The notes under the pieces were generated by a model. The model was not told the origin of the DNA. It made no database searches and saw only the letters and a program-made list of their open reading frames with translations. Below, one piece after another: positions 27,001-28,369 of a DNA stretch of 64,000 bases (the first letter of the stretch is position 1; each line of letters starts with the position of its first letter). A program made the position numbers and the translations under genes. Origin of the DNA: Candidatus Omnitrophota bacterium. GTDB lineage: Bacteria > Omnitrophota > Gorgyraeia > Gygaellales > Profunditerraquicolaceae. The stretch covers positions 142,932 to 206,931 of the forward strand of contig JAUSED010000005.1 in the NCBI GenBank assembly GCA_030650425.1, read 5' to 3'.

Positions 27001-28369
27001 AAGGCACATTGTTTATCATTTGGTTATTGGGAAAAATAGACAGTTTATCTTTCCGGCCGTGCCAGAGAATACTCATTTTTCCGCCTCGCCGGTTCTTCGT
27101 AACAATCGAGGAGAGTCTTACACAGAGATTGTCGCCTCTGATGAGTCGTTACTTTCTTACAAGTCAAGCATCCTTCTCTGGGATTCCGAGAAAGAGTTAC
27201 GGGGGGAAGAAGAACCATGGATACTGTTGGAGATGGCTTATCCGGAGTTTTTTGACAACTTTTTTGAGCAAGGCCCAAGATATTTACATTTTAATCAGGA
27301 ACAGTACCTTAGGTTCCAAGAGATGATTTTATGGCCTAGAGAGCAACTGGAAGACCTTTGGGCGCAAACCATCGCAGCTTATCCTGCTTTTACGCCTTCT
27401 AAGACTCTAATTTTATTATTGGATGAATTGTCAGGTTTGCCGGTTCCCGGCATAATAGGTAATTCAAGTTGGGAACATATTTTTGGGTATCTTATTTCTT
27501 CTTATGCGCGTAGCAAGCAGGACGTATTAGATTGCTTAAACTACGGTGAAATAGAAGCAGCGAGAGGACTAGGGATGGGTTTTGTGAAGGACTTTGAAAC
27601 ATTATTGTTGTTAACTTTGGTAATCGTAACACACTGGGACCAATGGGAAATAAGGGAAGCTGTGGAGTATATTAATAAAATGCTTGAGATGTTCCAAAAT
27701 GGAAGGATTGAAAACAAACCCGCAAAGAACTATCGAGATATAGATGAAGAACTGCGTAGGCGGCATCCAAAGATAATATTTCTTTGGTATGTTGTTAATC
27801 TTGCCGATACAGTTTTCTACTGGGAAGAACATGGGTATTCGGTTAGTACGTTCTCTATCAAATCCAGCTTTCCTGATTATATATCTCACTATTGTGATAG
27901 ATTCAAAGCGAATGAAAATAATCAGAAACGTTTAGCAGCGCTATTTGACGGAGTAAGAGTTGTAAAGGATGACGAAGGGACTTTTCTAGTCTCGGCTCTC
28001 GGCGTAAGAATCAAAGCTCAAAAATTGACAACAAGGTTTGAATTTGTTTCTTCGCCGCTGGCTACCCATGTACGCCTCGTAGATATACAACGGGTTAGTT
28101 CGCCGGTTGAAAGAATAGTTGGAGCGACAGTTGTAATACTAGGCGTCTCCTCGCCGGTGAATTTAGGTCATAGACTCTTGGTTCTAGGTTTTTGGTTAGT
28201 AGAACAATTAGGGAATACTTTCCAACAAGTAGTAAACGCTCGTAGGAAAATGTCCCTTGATTACTATGCGGGGCCCGCAATGACAAACTTGAGTCGTAGG
28301 GGACATTTAAATGTCCCCTACGACAAGGGATTTCTGGCAGCTGCGTCCTTAGGTTTTGGAGGGCCTTAA
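2..28369 (+). CDS. Giant multidomain (poly)protein, 5'-truncated by the window edge (>9,450 aa visible)
   Basis: ORF track gives 65..28369 (9434 aa). The same frame is stop-free from position 2 (ata tgc ggt tct ... ttc ttg), so the TTG at 65 is not the true start. Many recognisable domains are separated by AASPV/SSPL motifs. Confidence 0.9.
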   Translation: MCGSAHYGYAKFGSDLDGNVFLRMPESEEGIGTANFIITSLSFLIQELVGKDKFAGCEFLIRFVNEGDNFAKTFFFGESSNVENHRNLIIRYSASPLADEENRNDLSIIRHKESKGLVEMILMRSLEKGLLSKEEVRSFFGYLLEIYKQITLEAPKVFEVISLLIDQDAMIRNNIDVLKGRILDLIKNEVWGIYGRFHAFKFLKTILTKTKFLTKNNILGAIDFVNKIILQHGSEVYKVFESLEDLFIAAQFSTMSGGVLDFERLDRLANVGKSKLWKVYASLAKAQIIPQENTKDVENLLTEAIPKHIYIPGYPPYVPEEAYDALIEWQEAGALTTSNIGRIAQIFRNVGDSAHQAKIDAGQTGLFLGAFGRLRAVNAANLNEIERVFIYFIEQDLQRKDKGQLLESITNLMDAIDRLVDRKDVDRSLVMPVYFSQLEVVKDILWLHKFYRDGKFGGLLVKSIKEYKTGQNPQAELYENVQQDLIYRLQESKWVPIDGLKVLTVRRILMSSRLDYALDNFGPIHQIYLNNGLDGRKTGNSLDDREIMRAWVRIVELASFGKVEGSALIFRIGDSERLIVNFVNGQPLEAVYPETVNASLNQAIQLRKKLLIKRLAGENEGFESTALTRYLIQLELLHLSGILKGRIFYPSMGNDYLPAYFGTVFATNLYSGLGEDLETYLDGKNYEKGMFLYDYSTLAQIKADVALEPGFSQTWQEQDTDIHVFWKNNFDFNAYLPQAAAEGPMDTIIIKGVTSWLGYYMEEKATLGMTIEQAMQGFFGQLKEYLIKPGTAIVILDSEDLWIEDFLKTTYGYQSINKLSQFRALAEDLKRIPVREERQYLGRVNTHVGLVPIKILIAPQWDNGNSSINKVVEQKVSSPLQRNQDALSSPLSNKKLSRGDSVRFNSSVDSLSSPLSSRELQNTSAASPVSRKKELQRLLRQEIALISIGGAFVDIFFNQDGSVSEKAGGCEGNLVVNFTRMDNRAKALLVSNLGADKHGLFLRDLYGRIGMNLAGLFYEKGLPTGTVEVRREFDGRGNEISHRFDIDDGAYPQLSVGKIVSLEKVFQKAKFLHFGLTALFPATPVAKAVKKAVEYAEQYSLLVYFDPNIRISSWVKMFGTHELAAKKIIDTVKDTLRYAHIIKISDEELFFLNGTENNHSGIEEEIFKFVSEYKELKWVLLLVTCGERGSEYVFRGSGTDNKREIAAGHIEVYKKWPFISAVGAGDSFNAAVISRLYQLLKEKELSRMTEKELMDILNFASKVAAKVVSQEGAVLEREWRGRKTSSPLDLNELINDQLNDVLFKAQTLAASGDHITALWFLMNTANLSILINSYKGNPKNIERIKTALELAKNLKKAQEEANGILSRGAQDAINKRIALNRERVEKLLIPVTDIKDIRQYLPYFGTYAVAGMRIEKVVHVYAPSVIDDISAVIFRYRRPKVDKNILHYAIFVLDKPKAPSHQLIARAFVEKNYQYHNGGSVSTTTFDKKRNRQNKIEVKSSMEKGIALFVYAMFRYGGEVWLSDISRSDSATRMYQRIKERIEEDLYPGLLIEYFLSPRRWRISINSNSEWLPPIIITEIPYSPNDLASSPVVQKNIEIAESAASPASPISFGNNSIKVEVNDLIRAIETALGFEGEIEFDAVKAAIKSADRLSELGVLATEALPVLIKAAKEQRFDDDGVFCRDHFIAALIRISPVEERVENCLAEIILSDPNEYSRSAAARQLVEGLQIPFNSLARSALEKGVQEKNWRISNPCKKALGLRSSSPFNSGRDKLNPFVILTKSKLRELSITNPMAWHYLQAKRIEDGIDVYVKNISKAPEFAKRFNEIFKEVEAKKDELQKLGLREQISEIYEIMLRAFPRLVYEKGYCVFTAAGMARSLRNIGHKDIAIYRIIALTQSFVIKEAGEESEYIYIDHRAEQFIIREPIIESIMEPRGMKELLCLSLPSIDKISSSPLKEIVGATVVTRGAASPVLGKIELFLILNRFDLNFANTTKMLYITGYKRGFVLEGSGSDKRVYNRGIICSFKTSSNSYNGASYIQDSKYFYEIKNIFFLGRSQCRIHQEFVFGEDRDTGFNSFILELLNKSGNAFISSQVINNNIGVDKVSHRLRANSFKNTGFPFPADFIFKGNSFGGFTQDTRASPDEINSSRNSGFFKRKWYSYHPLDIFDLFLKGFQQFHSFIIHQIPPALVTEINISHRHKGVNIYLGSCFRPPDASAASPVASVVSTQYDSVVWAEKVEEVSGNPVERLAQIIQIAAQNDIQAIRTGLIGLLNLLRKHNRLYRYQSARLLSQLAKIEFYEKILRSIGGGKLIGLIHLIPLEERFAFEVPDFIVLPPELSKEAEERIFDLLEEGVYILRSSSFFEDTEGFPIRGAYESVFFVKNPQQNEYRKGYDLEVFRNVRVKVNRSFRDFKYAEDRLCLLLERVPGHTVTLKIGYANRSCYFPSFSGVTKYNPYKLSHIVSEINPGLNTPTVKGGYHRFVDKDTESGEIKVPEVSRTLRLYGTGDVIDISRNKLISADIVNNTLSLWVDDSDSYKDTSLIKGVHEKLSAIILSLKEDSGYRELEWSFDSGKLYVYQNTPSKICRSLSRIKVDIPVVPEERLIVSCAGVFGHGEFTGPLVWVKDRDEIMLKREECKRIAREFPRGYILIGSRYLFMDPDMEYATSQYFDSALGRLKGWVDTSGLPLSICAHYAEGLVDKNIIVISQSAIDYTKLERFCDQQLKTGIFDDYYEIRYSEALFRIAANALQDRGILYLASSPGPAASPLNNDDQFNANMPKSREDGELKGYFVLAVQNTRNVDTLRNSSTISELCNKYDKDNITQTNTAASPVSENRKGQFYRNCSSAMEIDRNGLKDFDGLKVIDNEEGIFLVSNRLGVRIKAQRKSIEFEFISSPLLSTDVRLRSVQWGSSPVENSNFEKAYFGILREIFGSENKKICFHSTVILALYLERSRHKIKILPSKEIPPVPCFSETYSEIKIGVFVNKITGSYSLQHWLEFTSLGRRFYLDAVYNSLWGNGRDRIIYEEIYPCLLENKYSLYPIHDMEKFLHSGDSQIRELMVAKGEAILRDEWRVFGTGEIALLDFLPRLSNGVNIAKAVRKLIDASVSLEENANGFILNKETYNASPLASCNLEKIETVNFLSYRRKMSLRQKVLNENRAASPMGIPNKVITKERFDDLLKIKNYANPHGEYKKVWYPASASDVGLALYVTDGDKFILSNFEHFGNMDDFKKFPDDEKEKHYFLRRTRSWLEEVHYENRISAQIFSELEALGIDYNDVEKSKINDATFKLVFNWRHPLGNRTKERVIEYRNIPVQRPPYYPEEKVDIIIIKALNGFNLDPEGLFFILNPDGLIISDFCFSDVWYERVKNSPIALKLNNKFGYSARHIWWALGEAIELARGEDVFLYKNTPAASPVSDEIGGQPRSKSNFDNEFAGADPKAFSGVVIYAGGLFSFIREDGEKVHRNNNKSNNIKKCPVIHNGLFLSLDYPEEYNKGQEPRQDIESQKVHRYSFPNPTRNVSHGILPEAVGTNTPTTKDPSNIFAPSRKKSDRVSHSWPDNIHPYSIVFRNFVKSFPLRKSAASPVENRYTDTWLNGLPLLQILGIFGGIKRQPFYFDMKGRIVQAYGWDGLLDAVLTARDSGGDTSRYIENNDYIKYIDYLIRESRWDTSAADNFSKLLLSIKGEDAFITFSQEVLSGLLTIVEKHIEAYVESRHLFRAPQETVVQRPESYRTVKNIYRTETVSFTEWKQLSSLLMAVSESNRIGALILLLGNQWAANSASPVTLDERRNVLFLIPMEMIRSAGNNKEVSVKLGWPYGLKGFQQYSMYFIHGFGSNPQDNNTSMISQWIERNIGKVPVSRKQNSLAGFGDCYNPAINRFSLFQFFESNAVKACFAQQVFGFFPDTMVKQEHKITGLMGMLKFLREMNFFFIEELIGKGYAGKYVFYFQIRIEFVRTDIFRGISASQKLHNHRNSYTGALNMGFTMEYVWINRNSFQQPFVHRLILLLVVFNIFGKESQGEFIIKREDPEGPGDLQDLDPGAYDLILNKYRVSGIATSWGLRDIRSADIIQDIYYALKIIEDLGRRLGLSGKMIDGAHKVFAQVIFAASPLAAASPSSSRVLRDGSRTPSEVRGQVDENQASSPVREEEAAVRLEIAKKLCHSLNNAVSGFYAWLTYLERKTPHFDRGKGNTLLGKINDYNELVSESEELLQNPDKLKETVNKLDTLVNEIIEILPKLRNFYDNQELTGSIALIGEIISDELPEKPVNLSEVLPWIFRSGTFYHDFMIIDYKNCLGKDAFVFVSKDKLWIVFDNLLMNSIQAFQKFDVINKEDRRVTVELGEERDYYTVVYSDNGPGIPEDLLSNIFDPYVTTKVGEPISGLGLAICKEIVAKANGSITVKSKQGEGATFTVYLPKETNVFGKEGAASPLAGEENIGRELQEAFDKAALDLLYWFCGIKYLPYDWKIRAYIRPLRRGDLQFLLEENFPTLLFDLRINWFEEVIGYRLYPESAGIREKEIMRGLRKEVFDWFLNNRPAVLEEEFEGIKIKEFIEAAMTSTEQHLQYLGQMLEFIKGGKRQSFAPFMQKTFKEFLERRIKILRCLRHIDPAFVIHKLPLYEERVKEIENEDIESELEEARKAGKEVKVIIKEIARYEDTGRPSSLRVEYEGEIGFVRIRNSGFSSWALSQHPKAIIGEEVYARVIAVRPLEFGLIKEKIDIPRVDTRIVYRTDAAGTGDNRFKEAFNKAAEQKAKKAKKGPSSGSPLEEEFNFLRLPVKQITNKWLEYIRTSFSEDEAASSKMKGALNDLIQQLEALGAEPFDKTTEVSIGDLYIDTLSGTITKITDVRIGLTCETDRIYPMRKEKRELAMTGGKFLLRRSGVSREQAELAYRSQRAEKIIKDIEFAVAVSNHKMAVDFIEELRRDYSDIVSCAKLSELDRKVGTVHPDTPTPAAHKASSSIKNSLTLYTLNIAQTIPVASPVAKIRLLGDYPLAKNSSGSIVSVNLEAIFKNLVSRVIRIVPGEDKANESNMVSNGSNGYSSCNLLARNNSISSGISTSRSSVSLLASLLISLAGYSFLRRSRNLISNSVVKEIQPLISFVSTRLIISKGAFQRFLLVAVSVSLSSQLAMTSVSSNTVLISFIGLAINLFYLTAETKALAFDKTSGGFSCRNNPLVLTKQFSSGVRLANFGSLRFRSQYPQSFSQCSHISSPLTKVNIISRRRQDNSAAASPVSKEAETTKTLLSFPIADLDKVLKLGIKLFDFGCGPIAGCRGEWGSTIVKHYPYINYYGIDAQFCLERQLRLPFRRLLSLLGIRLARERMKFEIQSYFEPLPQEWGKADIIILNSPEITEDYLARINKGEVAKAFFKNLKEGGIGLILFESHLYSSINSLITYISREAVAGGRMYKSFSMEFGEENINQTNIPKNYYPEKLTAYRNWQFAQRNNRPDFEISFIQVRKSLVNGNAPQRDTSATQGAACTERAQASRGASPLVLEDKVNEELIILYVLKDEVSSLSDKQKYNFVKNRLSLEKRISLSIPAASPVQDKNRMLYGGKQANLLGQKYLEGISLGEGVTIEVMAAEEENIFTTDDFIDFLVFNNELVSQIEHVLKESGKIMEEEIQGLLSQFEFPKSLEEKANIIQSHFAKDVLLLARGSGQKEGSKEASRSGVSLSKKIDTETSLFEVLQEIYLHELKQVYLKERQSILKNLLAVTVVPYIDFDCGIIGSYSKKDNSTIIDVVVGSLETAVDPAKLGLTTNERQVHATALTIKVQDGRIFVAKEYNLRPQEIIYKGKHYFREKATKEIWEAMTDVIDAENVKCIRCPLNKDEILTIDKLTRLAAEESDADILWEIGKIGRIHEPAYELYILQADPLVPVGFYQPIPDNLENIMARSYISHGNIRLERAVVMLVEAGAKASFVEAAAEILAEARIPFIKVQRQAACLDLSLAHRAAVEWANVLIDPAAPSKWPHTQVNLRDFIREHNHSLFFADGRVSQLAFAGGRAFQEPLRRLNYWRFGGGVYLSEELVGFIANDREAIMFGPAQDKKVTDCYSRNGLSHYFGSHITFLSYLFDDELRNGFLSFEPTDKEQMDIVFGYAMDYLLQRCKKREPLMPALEELLSKIRFEEKQRLKEAGGYYSSWDKEKIQTLIAEHPQAEAQLSALKEEINWLRRLIALPFYPNYSQSHITRAVLKIFDGTRGFEWRFGEEIQEAHPRPQGPLRILIVDRTLITSLYLKSFIEANFSKATVEAIYNCYDAAEKIPFFVPDIIILDGRTSHDDYGHELMRKYNQLSNAPRLILISAWGLGDLYHDTQELRNAYAKIQVLGFYSRSENEEKIIPWFKQVEDEIKPAKEESQTAEKKKVTISKVLFIHYSSELLRNIRLYTKKAPFEILTADTEVMAVGMIKKHRPDILVYDVNFTLESQAPIIGEYIRVKGESAYVIPWSAAEYSLNEIRQRPGWKKICAQIKFLDPVVINSDAAFSRSGEGVDYVMDEIFRIVSGLTGISSSPLASPAASPVREEEAAVRLEIAKKLCHSLNNAASGFYAWLTYLERKTPHFDRGKGDTLLGKINDYNELVSESEELLQNPDKLKETVNKLDTLVNEIKEILPKLRNFYDSQELLGSIVLIGEIISDELPEKPVNLSEVLPWIFRSGTYYHDFMKIDYKNCLGKDAFVFVSKDKLWIVFDNLLMNSIQAFRKFHTLKKEDRRVTVELGEERDYYTVVYSDNGPGIPEDLLSNIFDPYVTTKVGEPISGLGLAICKEIVVKANGSITVKSKQGEGATFTVYLPKETNVFGKEGAASPLAGEENIGRELQEAFDKAAEQKAKKPKKGPSSGSPIEDITASPRGGADKSPRILDPDYKKSSRFIEIDPEYFLPDTQSGFWLIGKNAKDIFTTCTDIVFLTKEERIFLAHLQINPKHLESTNERQSKELLERLVEDWKTYGDKDEKGQGVSTFNPREIFNATTKALLLNKYPAREPFTNCLRDFLLEKGLGKDNIKIDFAAHPAEDTQIESVSVYLWPKDRLIETAFGIYDLHSPERNKIFEVHRYLRAEFNYPIVYDLRNNITAGPAASPVDSNEKSLSPLYKSFITINKGKLEKLSDLLIQPDKDMRDFAFAALKLCKRMPKEAKDIIKEVITKVRFEQMIEFFMKEPSEYAFNCIKLFIDLNPAAARESIGKKHLLEFISMIKRRHPAWIILYRCLVESGRLNPVEIDEEVLRNLMNLEEMPKEPLSGVIQYSILIAVEDCLKLFSSLNKSAVTHNLLGELFSRVSPVNLIEEPDKAARAENFLKILAPFNIESAKSFITGPLLEKMAKLRRGPFRFFISINPQAITKSVVVVLESYFDPKYNDHSGAISLLSKAHALNPDVCKKVIKEDLLIQLMRLFFQKTHIFSLRYASLIRELTKSLKLEVKNITVVSDFLGGLLELLLRQLSGVGGTGYKYDTEKIISYIKFFAPLYPEAVADLNPKDKTIKYLKGWRRILNIDEAYEFRILKIIEETFGSTWQPVFRKVKVNWWNGEKVIQPKAGKAPTISFEVNVDKENVTAPSKQLKARLWACDNSKQEPVWRFYNGRQTDFTGQDTAKFEVLLPRGFFGEGTMQYSTDSGKTWHWANMGFGDNLTVLPAPSAASPVAKIAYSIKHVSHKNFLLLNPTLLIIAGLLPLIALPLLNTGIIAVIISAGLTFLGATILSYWVIRLFFYRGLSLSTKKIFLLIFRIVQIFEIVFGINLLAIIVLNLLGIRSPRSIIFSELYHWTYAILTFYEIVNHYIYRGLGSTFKFYNDLWNNIIRLFLKDKIDFSKPVGGAIGIQLNKLKRVLDMGKDSQSKEHSNSSPLAVTFSQLRAHSSEFIDTRLSTMNNEELAKHAASPVSGFLVLLDDKQARCLADEVNRTLGGNILSWCQSVIMDDYFCEFESGQRISTDNKVSQVIRFGPLVFVVISRTPSKIINNLLKQDIAELKKRLGKVYSENKTNIFFITPSYYDVSPLSKFTMPVIAAMFNYRNEFKDTVVFDEGAGDGLLSRIALRLGARKVVMIDNKRWLLNLARLFLKEDGWGKIEEREGKFVILERDLRAISRLKIELKSYLRDNKRLVVIKNIGPYEFYGNGETEQAAIDLVIGLPELKLVINGGYIGKNNLDNSGLHQRALTEVQEEFVKEGFKVRRYDYNIAAILAAKRENPHIGSSPLNNKRDALGGSPISTPLRLGTIIQVEFINGALAAVVSSSILVKPVNEAILCYSETFGASSTLEDNYTGLFPPQGGNKKDIDALSSPLSGKETQVKSTAASPVKHSTIQEAENKWQCELEEINAAHFSKEGGFIEHHGLPHSQRMWESAKRHFGGHRIDFEVLIAAIYLHDIAVEIVKIAHGAEAAKMVENILQNIGFPKDKIRYVYEAILQHDDYKAVRESMESKIIFALDTEDAYFEKGARYLPIYRFRGIPEKEMYPAIIENIKLRFNLVTDELAEFKVHLKLLKDEAIEEMERNANADALHNLPHISKLGEKSLSDQDPAASPVSKGRESSPNFTQKKDTRWLYLEGEEFKPIGEIYRMLNKIYYSLRAGGIYTDFKTSISKDSLIAQVYAQQLYKRLIAIGKVPPIIYIHEWGGADGKFAVDFLDSFKKLDIENSYYPRIYYILSDFSLAMLSIARNNLSLSCHRDRLAYVQFDANEELPWKKGSAMLIQFHELYDDLGGVEKIVKIGNEFYRTGGRLRLSEDDNFKKHDGADVNAETFFNGYWKRGLTGLSELEPSFLKEITIEEKYDPIDLSTYPYAGFLKNWTEGIHSAVFPLNIGALQNLERALEVLDLERGAYINFSDYAFVSKKGLVESSQKGTFMGTLECGQPTSQINLAFFIYMLAGSNLKISCERQEKFLSRRLGREVRERDVLIKEILSFYLSERDRFGYDLDFQEQLFKGIEIPDLFRVDILDNGDSSAEEPEDLRRGIFRSLVAQCINNHMDNLINDWLDKDELLEELLNDPSLQFLLGRIGSVDPETAVTIFTNNLFKIRIPEGPRRHIVYHLVIGKNRQFIFPAVPENTHFSASPVLRNNRGESYTEIVASDESLLSYKSSILLWDSEKELRGEEEPWILLEMAYPEFFDNFFEQGPRYLHFNQEQYLRFQEMILWPREQLEDLWAQTIAAYPAFTPSKTLILLLDELSGLPVPGIIGNSSWEHIFGYLISSYARSKQDVLDCLNYGEIEAARGLGMGFVKDFETLLLLTLVIVTHWDQWEIREAVEYINKMLEMFQNGRIENKPAKNYRDIDEELRRRHPKIIFLWYVVNLADTVFYWEEHGYSVSTFSIKSSFPDYISHYCDRFKANENNQKRLAALFDGVRVVKDDEGTFLVSALGVRIKAQKLTTRFEFVSSPLATHVRLVDIQRVSSPVERIVGATVVILGVSSPVNLGHRLLVLGFWLVEQLGNTFQQVVNARRKMSLDYYAGPAMTNLSRRGHLNVPYDKGFLAAASLGFGGP
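2789..3853 (+). other. PfkB/ribokinase-family carbohydrate kinase module within the giant ORF
   Basis: SIGGAFVD, AGGCEGN, LGADKHG, FDPNIR, KISDEE, VTCGERG and the anion-hole motif VGAGDSF. Confidence 0.85.
4830..5290 (+). other. HEAT-repeat-like helical module within the giant ORF
   Basis: ALPVLIKAAKE..CRDHFIAALIRI; LSDPNEYSRSAAARQL; EKNWRISNPCKKAL. Confidence 0.6.
5951..6325 (-). CDS. vapC: VapC-like PIN-domain toxin (antisense, nested in the giant ORF)
   Basis: MRYLIDTNIIID, SISVLTEYEL, DSLIAATA, LVTRNIKHF: canonical PIN acidic residues; lies downstream of an antitoxin-like ORF. Confidence 0.9.
   Translation of the reverse strand: MRYLIDTNIIIDHLRGDKSVTAFIEELENKRIKASISVLTEYELLVYPTLTPAQEENILNFIKIFAVLNITSSIVRIAARFKRTYNAAVVDSLIAATAFKNKSTLVTRNIKHFSSIREIQIKSI
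6329..6559 (-). CDS. Putative antitoxin (VapB-like), antisense nested
   Basis: 76 aa, directly upstream of vapC; AGGAGG RBS (+ strand cctcct 6563-6568); C-terminal GILSK..GIAFENKIRREW. Confidence 0.75.
   Translation of the reverse strand: MMDNKTMELLETLEEKIEDIKWMITIPLSFKKAAISTTINLIRRSSGILSKAPKGIAFENKIRREWKTGVLKRISS
6582..6624 (-). promoter_or_regulatory. Sigma70 promoter with flanking inverted-repeat operator for TA cassette 1
   Basis: Minus strand TTGACT (6615-6610), 17 bp, TG-extended TATATT (6592-6587); inverted repeat agataaatat (6582-6591) / atatttatct (6615-6624). Confidence 0.75.
6671..8275 (+). other. PEP/pyruvate-binding (PPDK/PEP synthase N-terminal ATP-grasp)-like module
   Basis: IGGGK, VPDFIVLP, YILRSSSFFED..GAYES, ELEWSF, LYVYQ. 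Confidence 0.75.
8747..9376 (+). other. Transglutaminase/papain-like Cys-His-Asp module (putative)
   Basis: KKICFHSTVILALYL ... QHWLEF ... YLDAVY, in the order and spacing typical of such triads. Confidence 0.45.
10355..10441 (-). CDS. 28-aa single-TM peptide MDNWTLLYIIAFIIIAVDLFAVLSYKRK (antisense nested)
   Basis: Manual translation; hydrophobic core with basic C-terminus; below the ORF-track length cut-off. Confidence 0.55.
   Translation of the reverse strand: MDNWTLLYIIAFIIIAVDLFAVLSYKRK
10448..10528 (-). CDS. 26-aa single-TM peptide MNFLAFYILAGLLALVIFLRVIKGKK (antisense nested)
   Basis: Manual translation; hydrophobic core with basic C-terminus; tightly spaced with neighbouring ORFs. 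Confidence 0.55.
   Translation of the reverse strand: MNFLAFYILAGLLALVIFLRVIKGKK
10531..10683 (-). pseudogene. Small membrane protein with an in-frame TGA at codon 7 (MLSGQE*DTLSDFFLDGAKILLGSLVVGVFVP...)
   Basis: ATG just downstream of a near-consensus promoter; TGA at + strand tca 10663-10665; the rest reads as a hydrophobic protein. Confidence 0.45.
10692..10719 (-). promoter_or_regulatory. Sigma70 promoter of the antisense small-peptide cassette
   Basis: TTGACA (10719-10714), 16 bp, TAGAAT (10697-10692). Confidence 0.7.
11375..11734 (-). CDS. DUF5615-like PIN-family toxin (antisense nested)
   Basis: MFLLDHCV ... AVLLTRDRDFS ... HTGIIILR; directly downstream of DUF433. Confidence 0.85.
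   Translation of the reverse strand: MFLLDHCVWKETENLLRKAGFDCVTLKELKQAEAVNGRVIAIAKSRKAVLLTRDRDFSNIALYPLGNHTGIIILRITPETMDKVHRVLLEALKSIRPAQLNGNLLIITSTAYHLHRDKE
11747..12004 (-). CDS. DUF433-family antitoxin (antisense nested)
   Basis: RISIDPHVLHGKPHIKGTRIAV ... YPDLKVEDIFACIAFA is the DUF433 signature; RBS AGGAGA. Confidence 0.9.
   Translation of the reverse strand: MNKRLLERISIDPHVLHGKPHIKGTRIAVSMVMELLASGYSPKDICSDKFYPDLKVEDIFACIAFANQFLDEEEIHFAEELQHSH
12027..12055 (-). promoter_or_regulatory. Probable sigma70 promoter for the DUF433/DUF5615 cassette
   Basis: TTGACT (12055-12050), then TG-TTAAATA around 12035-12027. Confidence 0.55.
12434..13273 (+). other. Histidine kinase module, copy 1
   Basis: H-box-like CHSLNN; N-box FDNLLMNS; DNGPGIP; IFDPYVTTK; GLGLAI; GEGATF. 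Confidence 0.9.
13289..14275 (+). other. Module with an S1/OB-fold-like C-terminal part
   Basis: VKVIIKEI..LRVEYEGEIGFVRI..IGEEVYARVIAV. Confidence 0.5.
14965..15423 (-). CDS. vapC: VapC-like PIN-domain toxin (antisense nested)
   Basis: VLLDTDVIA, ISLTTLLEI, LDPFDTILLSLA, LITRDTKF. Confidence 0.9.
   Translation of the reverse strand: MKEIKTVLLDTDVIANWLLKETETATNKNLWKAPFEIINRVETKEIKGCISLTTLLEIRFLLRRKKEYPAKEINKDANKLTELLEVLIPDEIELLRANKLQEEYPLDPFDTILLSLALSSPGTILITRDTKFLKIASRLTETMLPEEFLAKG
15440..15619 (-). CDS. Putative 59-aa antitoxin MTTLREALRVLG...LLGKYKGVIPAGKTSTGFIKGQR... (antisense nested; not in the ORF track)
   Basis: Manual translation; RBS GAGGTGA; lies between a promoter and vapC. 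Confidence 0.7.
   Translation of the reverse strand: MTTLREALRVLGTEAQTSKISKTNTAGELLGKYKGVIPAGKTSTGFIKGQRLSLCGKVK
15639..15667 (-). promoter_or_regulatory. Sigma70 promoter for TA cassette 3
   Basis: TTGACG (15667-15662), 17 bp, TG-extended TAACCT (15644-15639). Confidence 0.7.
15695..16420 (+). other. Class I SAM-dependent methyltransferase-like module
   Basis: LFDFGCG, YYGID, ADIIILN, LKEGGI. Confidence 0.65.
16628..19510 (+). other. PEP/pyruvate-binding-like domain followed by two degenerate receiver (REC) domains
   Basis: GGKQANL, LLARGSG..E..SG, LYILQA; LRILIVD..PDIIILDG; KVLFIH..PDILVYD. Confidence 0.65.
19547..20386 (+). other. Histidine kinase module, copy 2 (near-identical to copy 1)
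   Basis: DNA repeat of 12425-13341 at an offset of 7113 bp. Confidence 0.9.
21215..22867 (+). other. Alpha-solenoid repeat region plus a C-terminal beta-sandwich/carbohydrate-binding-like domain
   Basis: Recurring LNP/INP..AI motifs; aromatic-rich QYSTDSGKTWHWA. Confidence 0.45.
22883..23476 (+). other. Multi-pass hydrophobic (3-4 TM) module
   Basis: LLIIAGLLPLIALPLL, IIAVIISAGLTFLGATILSYWVI, IFEIVFGINLLAIIVLNLLGI. Confidence 0.7.
23594..24520 (+). other. PrmA-like SAM methyltransferase module
   Basis: VVFDEGAGDGLLSRIALRLGARKVVMID. Confidence 0.75.
24839..25498 (+). other. HD-domain hydrolase module
   Basis: HGLPHSQRM, AAIYLHDI, HGAEAA, AILQHD, DTEDA. Confidence 0.85.
25514..27079 (+). 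other. MidA/NDUFAF7-like SAM methyltransferase module
   Basis: DFKTS, IHEWGGADGKFAVDFL, ILSDFS, HELYDDL, FSDY. Confidence 0.7.
28210..28324. repeat. Two REP-like elements inside the 3' end of the giant ORF
   Basis: 28211-28256 matches intergenic 57299-57344 at 43/46 nt; perfect 32-bp palindrome gtcgtaggggacattt/aaatgtcccctacgac at 28293-28324. Confidence 0.85.

Larger units (their letters stand above)
278..28159 (+). repeat. Dispersed in-frame junction repeat GCCGCCTCGCCG(GT) = AASP(V/L)
   Basis: Exact GCCGCCTCGCCGGT at 2774, 5909, 8486, 10235, 10742, 15680, 16613, 19532, 21200, 22868, 23579, 24824, 25499. Exact 12-mer with another 3' end at 4808, 12335, 13274, 20387. Variants at 278, 2630, 6656, 8294, 9377, 11336, 14927, 16460, 27080, 28148. 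All are in the giant ORF frame. Confidence 0.95.
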
